Part shown: piece by piece, positions 30,076 through 39,503 of the stretch
Position numbering within the stretch: the stretch's first letter is position 1
How the letters are laid out: the number at the start of each line of letters is the position of its first letter
Virus record (IMG/VR): IMGVR_UViG_3300032053_000040
Span: 13,292-77,291 of that record
Strand: one strand, 5' to 3'
DNA: 64,000 nt
DNA from: a virus
Position numbers and translations under genes: made by a program
The notes under the pieces: generated by a model
What the model was told of the DNA's origin: nothing
The model's database searches: none
What the model saw: the letters and a program-made list of their open reading frames with translations, nothing else

Positions 30076-30170
30076 ATAAATACCTACCATGTATATATAT
30101 CATAACCAATCATTTTATCCCCTAATAGGTTGGGGGATAGGTTGGCTAAAAAGGAGGCGAAAAGGCGATG
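30068..30170 (+). repeat. 103-bp duplicated promoter/leader/SD, copy 1
   Basis: Matches 34583..34685 except one base; BRE-TATA (GAAAACTATAAATA), leader hairpin, AAGGAGG, ATG. Confidence 0.95.
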
Positions 30171-30371
30171 AAATACCAGGTTGAGGTCCAGACTGTAAGG
30201 GGTCTCAAATTCAGCGGGAAAGTAGAGGTTGACATCCCACCAAGTAGAGGCGTAAAGCTCCCCGGATTCAGAAGCGCGATTCCGGTCAAGACCTTGAGGG
30301 CCATAAAGAGCCAGGCCAAAATACAGCTCGGCGAGGAGATCAGGGCCTTCCGAGTTCTGGACGTGGTCTGA
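30168..30371 (+). CDS. Small basic hypothetical protein (first gene of early operon 1)
   Basis: Follows the duplicated promoter and SD. Confidence 0.65.
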   Translation: MKYQVEVQTVRGLKFSGKVEVDIPPSRGVKLPGFRSAIPVKTLRAIKSQAKIQLGEEIRAFRVLDVV

Positions 30372-30372
30372 G

Positions 30373-30645
30373 ATGAGCCTGATAGACGGGGAGGAGTTCG
30401 ATTACCTTGGAACAAATGAGGATGCCAAGGCAGGAGATCTCGAATTAATTGCAGAGGCTCTTAGCGAACTCATGGACAAGGCTAAGGAGATAGTCGATGG
30501 AACCAACGAGGAAGACTACTTCAAAGGTTACATCCTGGGCAACTTCGATTCCGACAGGTATGGATTCCTCGGAAAAGGAGTCATGGACTCATTCCGAGAG
30601 GTGATAACGAGGCTGGAAAACGACGGCATGGAGCCGGCCGAGTGA
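30373..30645 (+). CDS. Small acidic hypothetical protein
   Basis: Operon-style spacing, D/E-rich. Confidence 0.6.
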   Translation: MSLIDGEEFDYLGTNEDAKAGDLELIAEALSELMDKAKEIVDGTNEEDYFKGYILGNFDSDRYGFLGKGVMDSFREVITRLENDGMEPAE

Positions 30646-30749
30646 GGCGATCCAAGATGCCCATCATTTTCATTTATGGAATGTTCTCTCTCATAATCGG
30701 GGGGTACTGGTATCTTTCCGAGATGAGGGTGTAAAAGGAGGCGAATAAG

Positions 30750-30944
30750 ATGGAGATGGTAAAACCGAAGTGCAAGCTCATAGGCGAGGATGGAAATGTC
30801 TTCGCTATAATGGGCCAGGTCGGCCGTGCTCTGAGGGCGAGCGGCCAAAGCAACAAGGTGAACGAGTTCATGGAAAAGGTAACCTCGTGCAGAAGCTATG
30901 ATGAGGCCCTGCGAGTAGTGATGGAATACGTGGAGGTGGAGTAG
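30750..30944 (+). CDS. Conserved small viral protein
   Basis: LIGEDGNVFAIMGQV...SYDEAL pattern; AAGGAGG SD. Confidence 0.65.
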   Translation: MEMVKPKCKLIGEDGNVFAIMGQVGRALRASGQSNKVNEFMEKVTSCRSYDEALRVVMEYVEVE

Positions 30945-31538
30945 ATGCCCCTCGACAAAATTTTGGAAGAGATTGAAGCCACCAAAGGATCCGCCCAAAA
31001 GTGGTACGATATTGTGTACTATGGCGACCAGGATCTCGGGGTTCAAAATTGCCCCCTATGTCTCCTTTATAACGAGTGCATGGATTGTCCCATTGGATGG
31101 ATAACCGGCGAATACGTCTGTAAGGACTCCCCATACAGGTCCTGGTCAATCCACCAATTGCAAAAGCACAAGAGATTTGGTGGCAAAATAGAATGCGACG
31201 TCTGCCGCGAAAGTGCTAACTGGGAACTCATGTGGCTTCAGTTTGTCGAGGGAATGGTCAGCTACGGATATGAGAACGAGGAGGCTGGGTAGATGCGGGT
31301 AACCAGGATAACAGGAATCTCAAAGGATAGAGCCAAATTCCTCTTGGGACTTTTCGGGCCAGACGATCTCGAAATCCAACAGAAGACCATCGATGAGCTT
31401 CGATCATTGGCCGATCTTCTCGATAGCGGGAATTGTGCTGTAGCTGGTCTTGAACTGAACCGTGGACCAGTAAGAGGCCAATATGCAGGACTACGAAGCA
31501 TTCGTGTGAAATATTACGACAACGAGGAGTGAATTAAA

Positions 31539-32141
31539 ATGCACATGGTAATACGGGTCCTGGTCTATGCCGAGGACGCGGAAGAGGCGATGGGCATAGC
31601 ACGAGGCGTGGCGGATGAGCTGTGTGAGAACCAAGAGCCATTCGACTACTGGACAGATTTCATGGAGGAGGGCGGGGTTGTAGCCGGCAAAGATAGGCGG
31701 GGCGAAATCCTGGCTGTCCAGCAAGTCTACACCAGGAGGCACAAGTGCGAATCGAGGGCCGGCCTGAAATTTGTGATGGACGGTATGAAAGCCATAAAAC
31801 GCGAATTCAACCAAAACCTGAAAACCGTCCGGGCCTACCTAACGACCTATGGCGACGAAGAGCTTTTCAAAGAGAAAAAGCGCAAATCGACAAACCTCGA
31901 CCAGGTGGAAATCGATGCCAACGAACTAAGCATAGTCAACAATGTCTCAATGTTCAGATATTACTGCCATTGTCTCGGGCAGTACAGAGGATCTGAAATC
32001 TGGCTATACGACCAAGAAGGCTCGGGACTCCGAACTCCATTCGACCTATGGCGCGTGCTTGAGCACAACGAGAGAAGCGGAATAGCCGACCCAAGATCGG
32101 ATATGCCGCTCTGGGTAATCCCGTTCGATGTCCATTTCTGA
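31539..32141 (+). CDS. Hypothetical viral protein
   Basis: 200-aa ORF with PFDYW and terminal WVIPFDVHF. Confidence 0.6.
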   Translation: MHMVIRVLVYAEDAEEAMGIARGVADELCENQEPFDYWTDFMEEGGVVAGKDRRGEILAVQQVYTRRHKCESRAGLKFVMDGMKAIKREFNQNLKTVRAYLTTYGDEELFKEKKRKSTNLDQVEIDANELSIVNNVSMFRYYCHCLGQYRGSEIWLYDQEGSGLRTPFDLWRVLEHNERSGIADPRSDMPLWVIPFDVHF

Positions 32142-33033
32142 GGTGATAAAAGTATGAAAATGCACAAACGCTGTCTGATGTGCAGAACCGCGTGGCCTTC
32201 GAATGGCGAGTGCCGCGACAATCTACTCATCAAGAGGCAGCTAGCGGTCCTTGAGGAACGAGACTTCATCCTGAGCTACTGCAAGACTACGATAAATATC
32301 ATGAACGCCTTCGGGTTCAGCCTCCCTCGAATCGAAGATGCGGCCATCCCCTGTCCCGGGTTCGCCCTGGCAGAGACGGATTGCTACGTCTGCGGCGCCG
32401 AGATCCCCGAACCGACAAACGGGATGCGTATTCCGGGGATCTACTCTTTCGAGGAGGGAAGCTGGCATCCAGTCTGTAGCGATCAGTGCGAACGCCAGGG
32501 AACCACATACGAACGCTACCTGTTCGACCAACAGACCAGCAGCTTGATCGAAAGGCTGCTTGTGGCCGAGACCAAAGGACAAGGACAAGGACAAGACCAG
32601 GACCAAGAGGCAGAAGCATGAGGAAAGACTTCTCTGTGAAAGACATCCGGCTCATCAAGTCCTCTCCTCCAGACAGGGGGCCAAGAGCCGGTGACGCAAT
32701 TATCCTTGCATCCGAAAGCTGGTCGATCGCAAAACGTGGCGCGATCGGATTCTTAGGAGGCTGCGTAGACCAGGACCAAGAAGAGTTCAGTATCTGCTTC
32801 AACGCCAGCAAGTACAGGGACGCCGGCGTAGTCTCCTGCTCCGGAGGTCCGGCGACGATAGTCACTCCGGCCGGCGAGCTGAAGCCCACCAGGTTCAAGG
32901 TAGGCTCCTGGTACTGGAAGTTCAAGAATAACATCTGGAAGGCCCACAATGGCGAGGACTACTGGATGGAAGTTCCTCTCTGGAAGTGGATACCGAAATA
33001 CAACTGCTGAAAAAAAGTATAGGTGAGATTGAA

Positions 33034-34179
33034 ATGGACGACGTAGGGGTAAGACCCCCAGAAACTATCGATCTATCTCAGATCGATATGCCCGTAAGGA
33101 TGGACGACCGCAGCTTCGACCGCAAGATGCTCCCGGATCTGATAAGGCACCTCCAGGATATCAGGGACCACAGCGTAGACTACGTGGCCCCCGGCGAGAA
33201 GATGACCTTCCAGCCGACCAACGATGCCCACGAGTGGGAGCTGGAGATAGCGACTGAGGAGGGGATCAAAATATTCCATCCGACCAACTGGGCCCAGAAG
33301 CAATCGGTAGACCGCACGCCCATACCACGTAGATATCATGACGATATGTTACGAGCCGGCAAGTCCCCGTTGGCTACAACGAACCTGAACTCCTGGTACA
33401 GGGACAAAGAAGGCATGATGGTCCGCACAGTAGGCGACAGGTTCAGGGCGATGGTGAGCCCGAGCTTCTTTGCCTATGATAGTTTAGACATGCTGAAACA
33501 GGTCGCCGTGAGCATCAAGACCATCAACGACTCGCGCCTGACGACTGAGCAGCCTGTCCAGTTCTATAAGGCCGACTGCTCGGAAACACACATCTACCTG
33601 GACCTCATAGACGAAGGCCAGCAGTACGACATAGGCAAAGGCGACATGTACAGCGCGATGCTTATAGTCCAGAACAACGAGGTCGGCGCCGGATCGATGA
33701 GCATCGAGCCCGGGTTCTTCAGGTGGGCCTGCATCAACAGGGCCATCAAATCCCCGGTACTCAGAAAGATCCATCGAGGCGAAAAGCTGGACGAAGGCAT
33801 ATTCTCCCCCGAGACTCGTAAGCTGGCCGCCGAGCTCTGGCACCGCCAGGTAAGGGATGTCATGAACTCGACACTGGTCAACCATAACCTCTTTGAGGTC
33901 TGGGCCCAGGAGCTCAGGGAATCCAAAGAGATCAAGGTGGTGCCTACCGTCTCCGTCAAGAAGGTAGCAGAAGAGTTCAAGATAACCGACGATGAGGTCC
34001 AGCTCATCCTGGACTGCATGATGAGCGACAAGACCGTCGAGCCGGACGACAGAGACTCAGCCTACGCTATAATCCAGGGCATGACAGCCGCAGCGAAACA
34101 GATGCCGCCAGACAGGAGCTACGAGTTCGGCAAGATGGCCGGAGAGACCAGACAGATCCTGACGGTGCTGGCAGCCTAG
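33034..34179 (+). CDS. DUF932-like protein
   Basis: MMVRT...RAMVS...IVQNNEVGAGS...RWACINR...RKIHRG; SD AGGTGA upstream. Confidence 0.7.
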   Translation: MDDVGVRPPETIDLSQIDMPVRMDDRSFDRKMLPDLIRHLQDIRDHSVDYVAPGEKMTFQPTNDAHEWELEIATEEGIKIFHPTNWAQKQSVDRTPIPRRYHDDMLRAGKSPLATTNLNSWYRDKEGMMVRTVGDRFRAMVSPSFFAYDSLDMLKQVAVSIKTINDSRLTTEQPVQFYKADCSETHIYLDLIDEGQQYDIGKGDMYSAMLIVQNNEVGAGSMSIEPGFFRWACINRAIKSPVLRKIHRGEKLDEGIFSPETRKLAAELWHRQVRDVMNSTLVNHNLFEVWAQELRESKEIKVVPTVSVKKVAEEFKITDDEVQLILDCMMSDKTVEPDDRDSAYAIIQGMTAAAKQMPPDRSYEFGKMAGETRQILTVLAA

Positions 34180-34461
34180 ACAGCCAGCAGACATCAAAAA
34201 CAGGTGTCGAAAAATGACGGACGATGAAAAGATAAGCGGAACGATGTTCCTTATCGCCCACGGTCTTTTTCTGTACGCCGGGTCAAGGCTTGGCGACAAA
34301 GAGATGAGGGTCGATGACATCTTCCTGGCCCTCTGCATAGAAGGTCTCCAGGCGCTTCGCAACAGAGACGAGAGGGCAACAGAAAACGCAATCGAAAAGC
34401 TAGGAGCCTTTGCAGCAACGGCGGCGACCGTCATGGGCAGAAACGGTAACTAACCCAACGT

Positions 34462-34539
34462 GGCGACCAGAGGGTCAAACCAAAGTCATCGGTTCAGCCT
34501 CCTTAGCTCCGATGACGATTCTCTTTTCCTCTGGCCGCC
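34462..34539 (+). ncRNA. Long hairpin with an anti-SD apical loop
   Basis: GGCGACCAGAGG/CCTCTGGCCGCC and GTCATCGG/CCGATGAC stems; loop TTCAGCCTCCTTAGCT; T-rich 3' end. Confidence 0.55.
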
Positions 34540-34582
34540 TTTTACCCTTTTCGATTTTGATTTCCGCTAGACGGCGATTCAC

Positions 34583-34685
34583 AGAAAACTATAAATACCT
34601 ACCATGTATATATATCATAACCAATCATTTTATCCCCTAATAGGTGGGGGGATAGGTTGGCTAAAAAGGAGGCGAAAAGGCGATG
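34583..34685 (+). repeat. 103-bp duplicated promoter/leader/SD, copy 2
   Basis: Near-identical to 30068..30170. Confidence 0.95.
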
Positions 34686-35021
34686 GCCTATAATCAAAAG
34701 GATGACGTTTACATAATAGATGCCAAGGGCAAAAAGGCGATCAAAGAGCAGCTCAAGGATGCAATTCTCTGTGCTGGAGCGGATCACGTAACCTTCAAGC
34801 GCGATGGGACGATAGAGGCCAAGTTCAGCTATTTCTACAGGATGGGGAATACCCCAAAAAGCGTATGCTATAAGCTGACAAGAGCAGTTCCGGGCCTGAA
34901 GGTTGTGGATGCTTGGGACGATTTCGCTAGGTGGCCCAAGACGAGCTATTTCCATATACTGGTGTTCTATGGAGAGCAGGAGAAGTACAACGAGATCATT
35001 GCAAAGAGGTGTGGAAATTGA
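34683..35021 (+). CDS. Hypothetical protein (first gene of early operon 2)
   Basis: Follows the duplicated promoter and SD. Confidence 0.65.
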   Translation: MAYNQKDDVYIIDAKGKKAIKEQLKDAILCAGADHVTFKRDGTIEAKFSYFYRMGNTPKSVCYKLTRAVPGLKVVDAWDDFARWPKTSYFHILVFYGEQEKYNEIIAKRCGN

Positions 35022-35346
35022 AGTCCGTCACCTACTGCCACGAGTGCAAAAAAACACTCCTGCGCACAAAAAATAAGAAGACAGCATGTGCGGCTGCCCG
35101 GGGTCATATGGCAGCAACGTCCCATATCCTGGTGTTCGGCTACACGTTAAACGAGGCCTGCGAGAAGGGGCTGATCGGAAAGGTGGTCTAAGATGGACGA
35201 GAAGGCCATAGAGAAATGGATAATCCGCAACGAGATGCGGATTGGCGAGCTCAACAAGAAGGGCAAGTATTGGTGGAACAGCGATGAAGTGATGCGCCTG
35301 GAGAAAGGGCAGGATAGGCTCATCAAAACGCTGGAGGGATACTGAG

Positions 35347-35592
35347 ATGCAAGTCTCCATAATAAACTCGGACGAGGGACTCTTCAAGGTCACCAGCGCC
35401 AAGGATGAATCAAAGTTCTACGAGGTCCAGCTAGATCCCCGGGTGGCAACCTGTACCTGTCCACATTTCAAGCTCAGGTGTGCCAGGGCTGGCCTGGAAT
35501 GTAAACATATATCCCAAGTTAGAAGCATTTTGGTGGATGTGAATAATGAAAACAATTGTTTTGACACAGGGATATGTAACAATGGTGGATGA
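35347..35592 (+). CDS. SWIM Zn-finger protein
   Basis: YEV...CTCPHF...CKHI. Confidence 0.8.
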   Translation: MQVSIINSDEGLFKVTSAKDESKFYEVQLDPRVATCTCPHFKLRCARAGLECKHISQVRSILVDVNNENNCFDTGICNNGG

Positions 35593-36040
35593 TTGGAATT
35601 ACGAACGATTGAATCGATATAAGTGGCACGTAACTAAAAGGCATGTTTATTTGTATGCAACCCGCAGTTATAGTTGTAAAGGGCACAAGAATAGTATCGG
35701 AATGCACAATGTAATAATAGGAATAAAAGGCGTTGATCATATTAATGGCAATGGTCTAGATAATCGCGAATGCAATCTAAGACCTGCAAGCAGATCACAA
35801 AACGCCGCGAACAGAGGGCCGCAAAAAAATAACACAAGTGGATATAAAGGTGTATATTGGCACGCAAAAATGAAAAAATGGCGGGCAATGATTATGGTAA
35901 AACCAAAACTGAAATCCCTTGGTCTTTTTGACGATATCAAAGATGCGGCAAACGCCTATAACGAAGCCGCGAAAAAATATTACGGGAATTATGCAAAATT
36001 AAACAATCCGAAGATAGAGTTCGAGGAGGCAGAAACGTGA
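35546..36040 (+). CDS. HNH endonuclease with AP2 domain (homing endonuclease-like)
   Basis: VDHINGNGLDNRECNLR; NTSGYKGVYW...WRA...LGLF...AANAYN; AT-rich. Confidence 0.92.
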   Translation: MKTIVLTQGYVTMVDDWNYERLNRYKWHVTKRHVYLYATRSYSCKGHKNSIGMHNVIIGIKGVDHINGNGLDNRECNLRPASRSQNAANRGPQKNNTSGYKGVYWHAKMKKWRAMIMVKPKLKSLGLFDDIKDAANAYNEAAKKYYGNYAKLNNPKIEFEEAET

Positions 36041-36807
36041 ACGATATCGAGATGGATGCAATTAGGGCAGACGAGGCAATGATGGAGGATTCATATTGCA
36101 TAGAACTCAGCGACGAGAGCGAGGACGATTACGAATCCTGGGATGGGATAAGATAGGTGGTGAAGATGGAACCATTTGAAGGCCCATACGATCAGCATTT
36201 CGAATATCTCAAAAACGAACTGATGTTGTGTGCGCTAGAATTAGGGTGCAACGTGGCTTTGCTAGATGCCCTAAAGTTCAGCCGATCTAAAGACGACCTG
36301 TGCAAAACCGTGAACCAGGCGACAGGCGCCGGATCACAGCGGTTCAAGGAGTTCGCTGAGATATTTCTTTGTGGATATGATAGGAGGAGAGAAAAATGCA
36401 GCTCAAATCCATAAGCGAGCTGTCGATAATATTCGTTCGGCATATAGCGAAGCAGCCTCTCCAGGGCGAGCCAGGATACGGCAGAGGATATACAGATGAA
36501 GATGTTTTGTCCTGCATAAATATGTGCAGGGACATTATCGAACGTGAGGGATGGTAGATGGTGAAAGTTGAGTTGTTCAGGCTGGCGGCACTATCCAAGC
36601 CAGCAAAGAAAGCTTGCAAGACAACCGGGCAGAGAAGGTGGTGGATGAAGGGGCCGAACGGGTTCGTTAAACTGCCCTACACGCCAGGCGACCAGGATCT
36701 CAAGGCGGAGCTCGACCTGGAGCCGGGGACGTACACGTTGGGAACAGGCCCCTCAGGGAAGCTCGGGTACAGGGAGACGATCATAGTAGGCGAGGAGGTG
36801 GCTTGAG

Positions 36808-37356
36808 ATGGGCGTAAACGAGGATCTGGATGCGCGGGATGCGGCATTATGCAAATGTGGTGACCTTCCTCATCCAGAATGCCCCCTGCATGGAGTCGGG
36901 TCTGAGTTGGGCCACCAAGACCAACAAGACGGTGGGGTGATATCTGAATTAGAGGAGCAAATCCAGGTAGTCAGGGAAGCCAGGAACCGCTTCTCCGTCG
37001 AGAAGTCTAGCCTGGATGCTGCTAGATTTGTCTGGGAGGAAGGGAATCGCTCCCAAATCGAGCTAGTCGATAGCATCAAGGTCGCTCTCCAGGCAGAGGA
37101 AAACAAGCTTCGGGAGATGACGATTGGGGTATACTTCTGGACAAAAAACAAGAAGCCAGCTCCCGGCGTAGGGATCAGGCTCGTGAAGATCTTCAATTAC
37201 GATACAGAGAAGGCCAAATCCTGGGCAGTTGAGCATAACTTCACGAATTTGCTGGATCTAAACGCGGCCAAGTTCAAAAAGGCGGCAGAAGGCTTATCCC
37301 TGGATTTCGTGGACGTAGAGGAGAAACCGACCGCAACCATAGCCGAGGTCCTATGA
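36808..37356 (+). CDS. Coiled-coil protein, possibly Gp157/Gam-like
   Basis: Helical N-half and GVGIR...YDTEKAKSWA. Confidence 0.4.
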   Translation: MGVNEDLDARDAALCKCGDLPHPECPLHGVGSELGHQDQQDGGVISELEEQIQVVREARNRFSVEKSSLDAARFVWEEGNRSQIELVDSIKVALQAEENKLREMTIGVYFWTKNKKPAPGVGIRLVKIFNYDTEKAKSWAVEHNFTNLLDLNAAKFKKAAEGLSLDFVDVEEKPTATIAEVL

Positions 37357-37674
37357 ACCGCTACGACTCAATCCTGGCCGGCCTGCAATGTCTCACAGAC
37401 CGGCAGCTATCTTCTCTGGTCCTGGAGATCCGGGCGGAGCAGATGAGAAGAGAAGACGAGAAACACGTCCTGGCCGTGGAGCACTATCTGTCAAAACCGA
37501 AAGAGGCAACGGCATGAAATTCGAGGCCAGGATCAAACGCAAAGGCTACACCCGGATCATAACACTCAATGAAGCCAACGAGCACGATGCCATGATGGAG
37601 GCTGCACAGAAGGGACGTGTCCTGTGGATCAAACAAGTACATTAATATCCGATAAACCAATATTTATTTCCGTG

Positions 37675-37740
37675 GGCAGCGTCCGTCAAGGCGGCGCAAG
37701 GCCGGTTCGAATCCGGCGGCTGTCGTGGCCCAGAAGGGCC
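37675..37740 (+). ncRNA. Mini tRNA-like element (acceptor and T arm, no anticodon arm) plus a downstream hairpin
   Basis: GGCAGC/GCTGTC stem, CCGTC/GGCGG hairpin, GCCGG-TTCGAAT-CCGGC T arm, GGCCC/GGGCC. Confidence 0.6.
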
Positions 37741-37753
37741 AAGGTGACAAAAA

Positions 37754-38332
37754 ATGGAAGCAATAGAGAGCTTCATAGGCCAGCTAGGCGAGCTGGAAAA
37801 GATGGGACGAGAGGTAGAAGGAATACTGACGGCCACGATAGACCAGGAGACCGTCATCCTCGATAGGATAGTCGAAAATCTCCTCCCGATGATGAGGTTC
37901 ATGGACTACAAAATCCAGGTACACGGACACTCGATAGGCTATCAAACGAAAGAGTGGCTGTACGAATATTCCGAGGAGAAGGGGCTGATCCTGGTTAACA
38001 ATACCAAACAGCGTTCTGATGATAGGGACAACAGAGGGTGGTACGAAGGGGATATCCTCGTGCTGACAAGATCAGGCAAGTTTATTCTTTTCACCCAGGA
38101 AGGCGATTGGTCACGGTGGCAGGGGGAGCATAGCCATTTCAACAATACTGCGACCGACATGGATACCAAAGCTGCCATAAAACGCTATAGCCTTCAGGAA
38201 ATTGTAAAAGGCCTGAACGAGTCCTTCAAGGAGGCAGTCGAAAAGGCCAACAAGAAGAAAGCGATGCTGAACAGCCGCATGACCCAGCTCCAGGCAATCG
38301 AGAATATCCTTGCGGGAAAGGAGAGTGCATGA
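37754..38332 (+). CDS. Hypothetical protein
   Basis: 192-aa ORF with AGGTGA SD. Confidence 0.65.
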   Translation: MEAIESFIGQLGELEKMGREVEGILTATIDQETVILDRIVENLLPMMRFMDYKIQVHGHSIGYQTKEWLYEYSEEKGLILVNNTKQRSDDRDNRGWYEGDILVLTRSGKFILFTQEGDWSRWQGEHSHFNNTATDMDTKAAIKRYSLQEIVKGLNESFKEAVEKANKKKAMLNSRMTQLQAIENILAGKESA

Positions 38333-38679
38333 GCATGGCAAAACCATTCCGGCAGCTCACAAGAGCAGAAAAGGAAAAGATAGCACAGGCCAGGGAGTTA
38401 TACAAGAACTTCCTGGACGAGGACGAAGACACGAAGGGAATACTCGACAAGATCTACGGAGCCGGGAAATGGCACGCGCTATTCGATGCTCAAAGAAGGG
38501 CCCTGTGGAGGACCGGACGGGAGATGAAGTGGGAAGGCCTCATAAGCCACTGTCGAGACTGCAACGACTTCTGGAAATTCACAGCAGAAGAGACTCTGGA
38601 AGTCACAGACAACGACACGTTCTACATGGGGTTGGGGTCAGTAGCTCCCCCTTAATTCCCCCTCCATTTTTGAGGTCTC

Positions 38680-39477
38680 ATGGAAAAATGTGATCGTTGC
38701 GGCGATCCAGGCGCATCCTTCGTGGAGACGGATCCGGAGTGCCGGCTGGGTATCTTCATGTGCCCAAAGTGCAAACTATGGTGGGATAGTGAAAAGCGTG
38801 GTGAAGCTATATCGAGATACATTGTAATAGGCAGCTCCCCGTGGTCAACAAAAGTTTATCAAGAGACGATCTGCACGTTTCCTGGTGAGTGGTATTTCCT
38901 AGATGCCCCCGATCTTGACCACCTCAGATCAGTGAAACCGTCTCTGGTTTTCTTCCTCCACTATTCCAAAAAGGTTCCTGACGAAATCGTAAATGGCTTC
39001 GAATGTGTCTTGTTTCATATGACAGATGTTCCGTTTGGTCGTGGAGGCAGTCCTCTCCAAAACCTGATAACCAGAGGTCTTCGGAAGACAAAGCTCACAG
39101 CACTGCGGATGACAAGCGACTTCGATGCTGGCCCCGTCTACCTTCAAAAAGATCTTTGCCTAGAAGGGAACGCAGAGGAGATATACCTCCGAGCAACACG
39201 TCTTGCAGCAGAAATGATCAGGCAAATTTCTCTCGAAAGGCCTATTCCGAGGCTACAAACCGGAGATGTAACAGTATTCAAAAGACGCAGGCCTGAAGAA
39301 AGCCAAATCTCTACGGCCTCTTCTCTACTGGAACTACACGATCACATTCGTATGCTCGATGCTGAGGGGTATCCTAAAGCCTTCATAGATTTCGATGGGT
39401 TTAGGTTTGAGTTCAGCCGTGCTGCTCTCTATAGCGATCGGATAAAAGCCGACGTGGAGATCAGAAAGTTTATATAG
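38680..39477 (+). CDS. Formyltransferase (Fmt-like, sugar N-formyltransferase type) with N-terminal Zn ribbon
   Basis: FHMTDVPFGRGGSPLQNLI...DFDAGPVY...IRMLDAEGYP. Confidence 0.88.
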   Translation: MEKCDRCGDPGASFVETDPECRLGIFMCPKCKLWWDSEKRGEAISRYIVIGSSPWSTKVYQETICTFPGEWYFLDAPDLDHLRSVKPSLVFFLHYSKKVPDEIVNGFECVLFHMTDVPFGRGGSPLQNLITRGLRKTKLTALRMTSDFDAGPVYLQKDLCLEGNAEEIYLRATRLAAEMIRQISLERPIPRLQTGDVTVFKRRRPEESQISTASSLLELHDHIRMLDAEGYPKAFIDFDGFRFEFSRAALYSDRIKADVEIRKFI

Positions 39478-39503
39478 TCGTATCCTGAACAGATATCAAG
39501 ACG

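Noticed and set aside
29705-30079. 124-aa ORF inside the IS-like element
   Set aside because: No HUH (TnpA), RuvC or PLMP motifs; it runs through the end hairpins.
32570-32610. GGACAA/GACCAG microrepeat
   Set aside because: Simple low-complexity coding tail (GQGQGQDQDQ).
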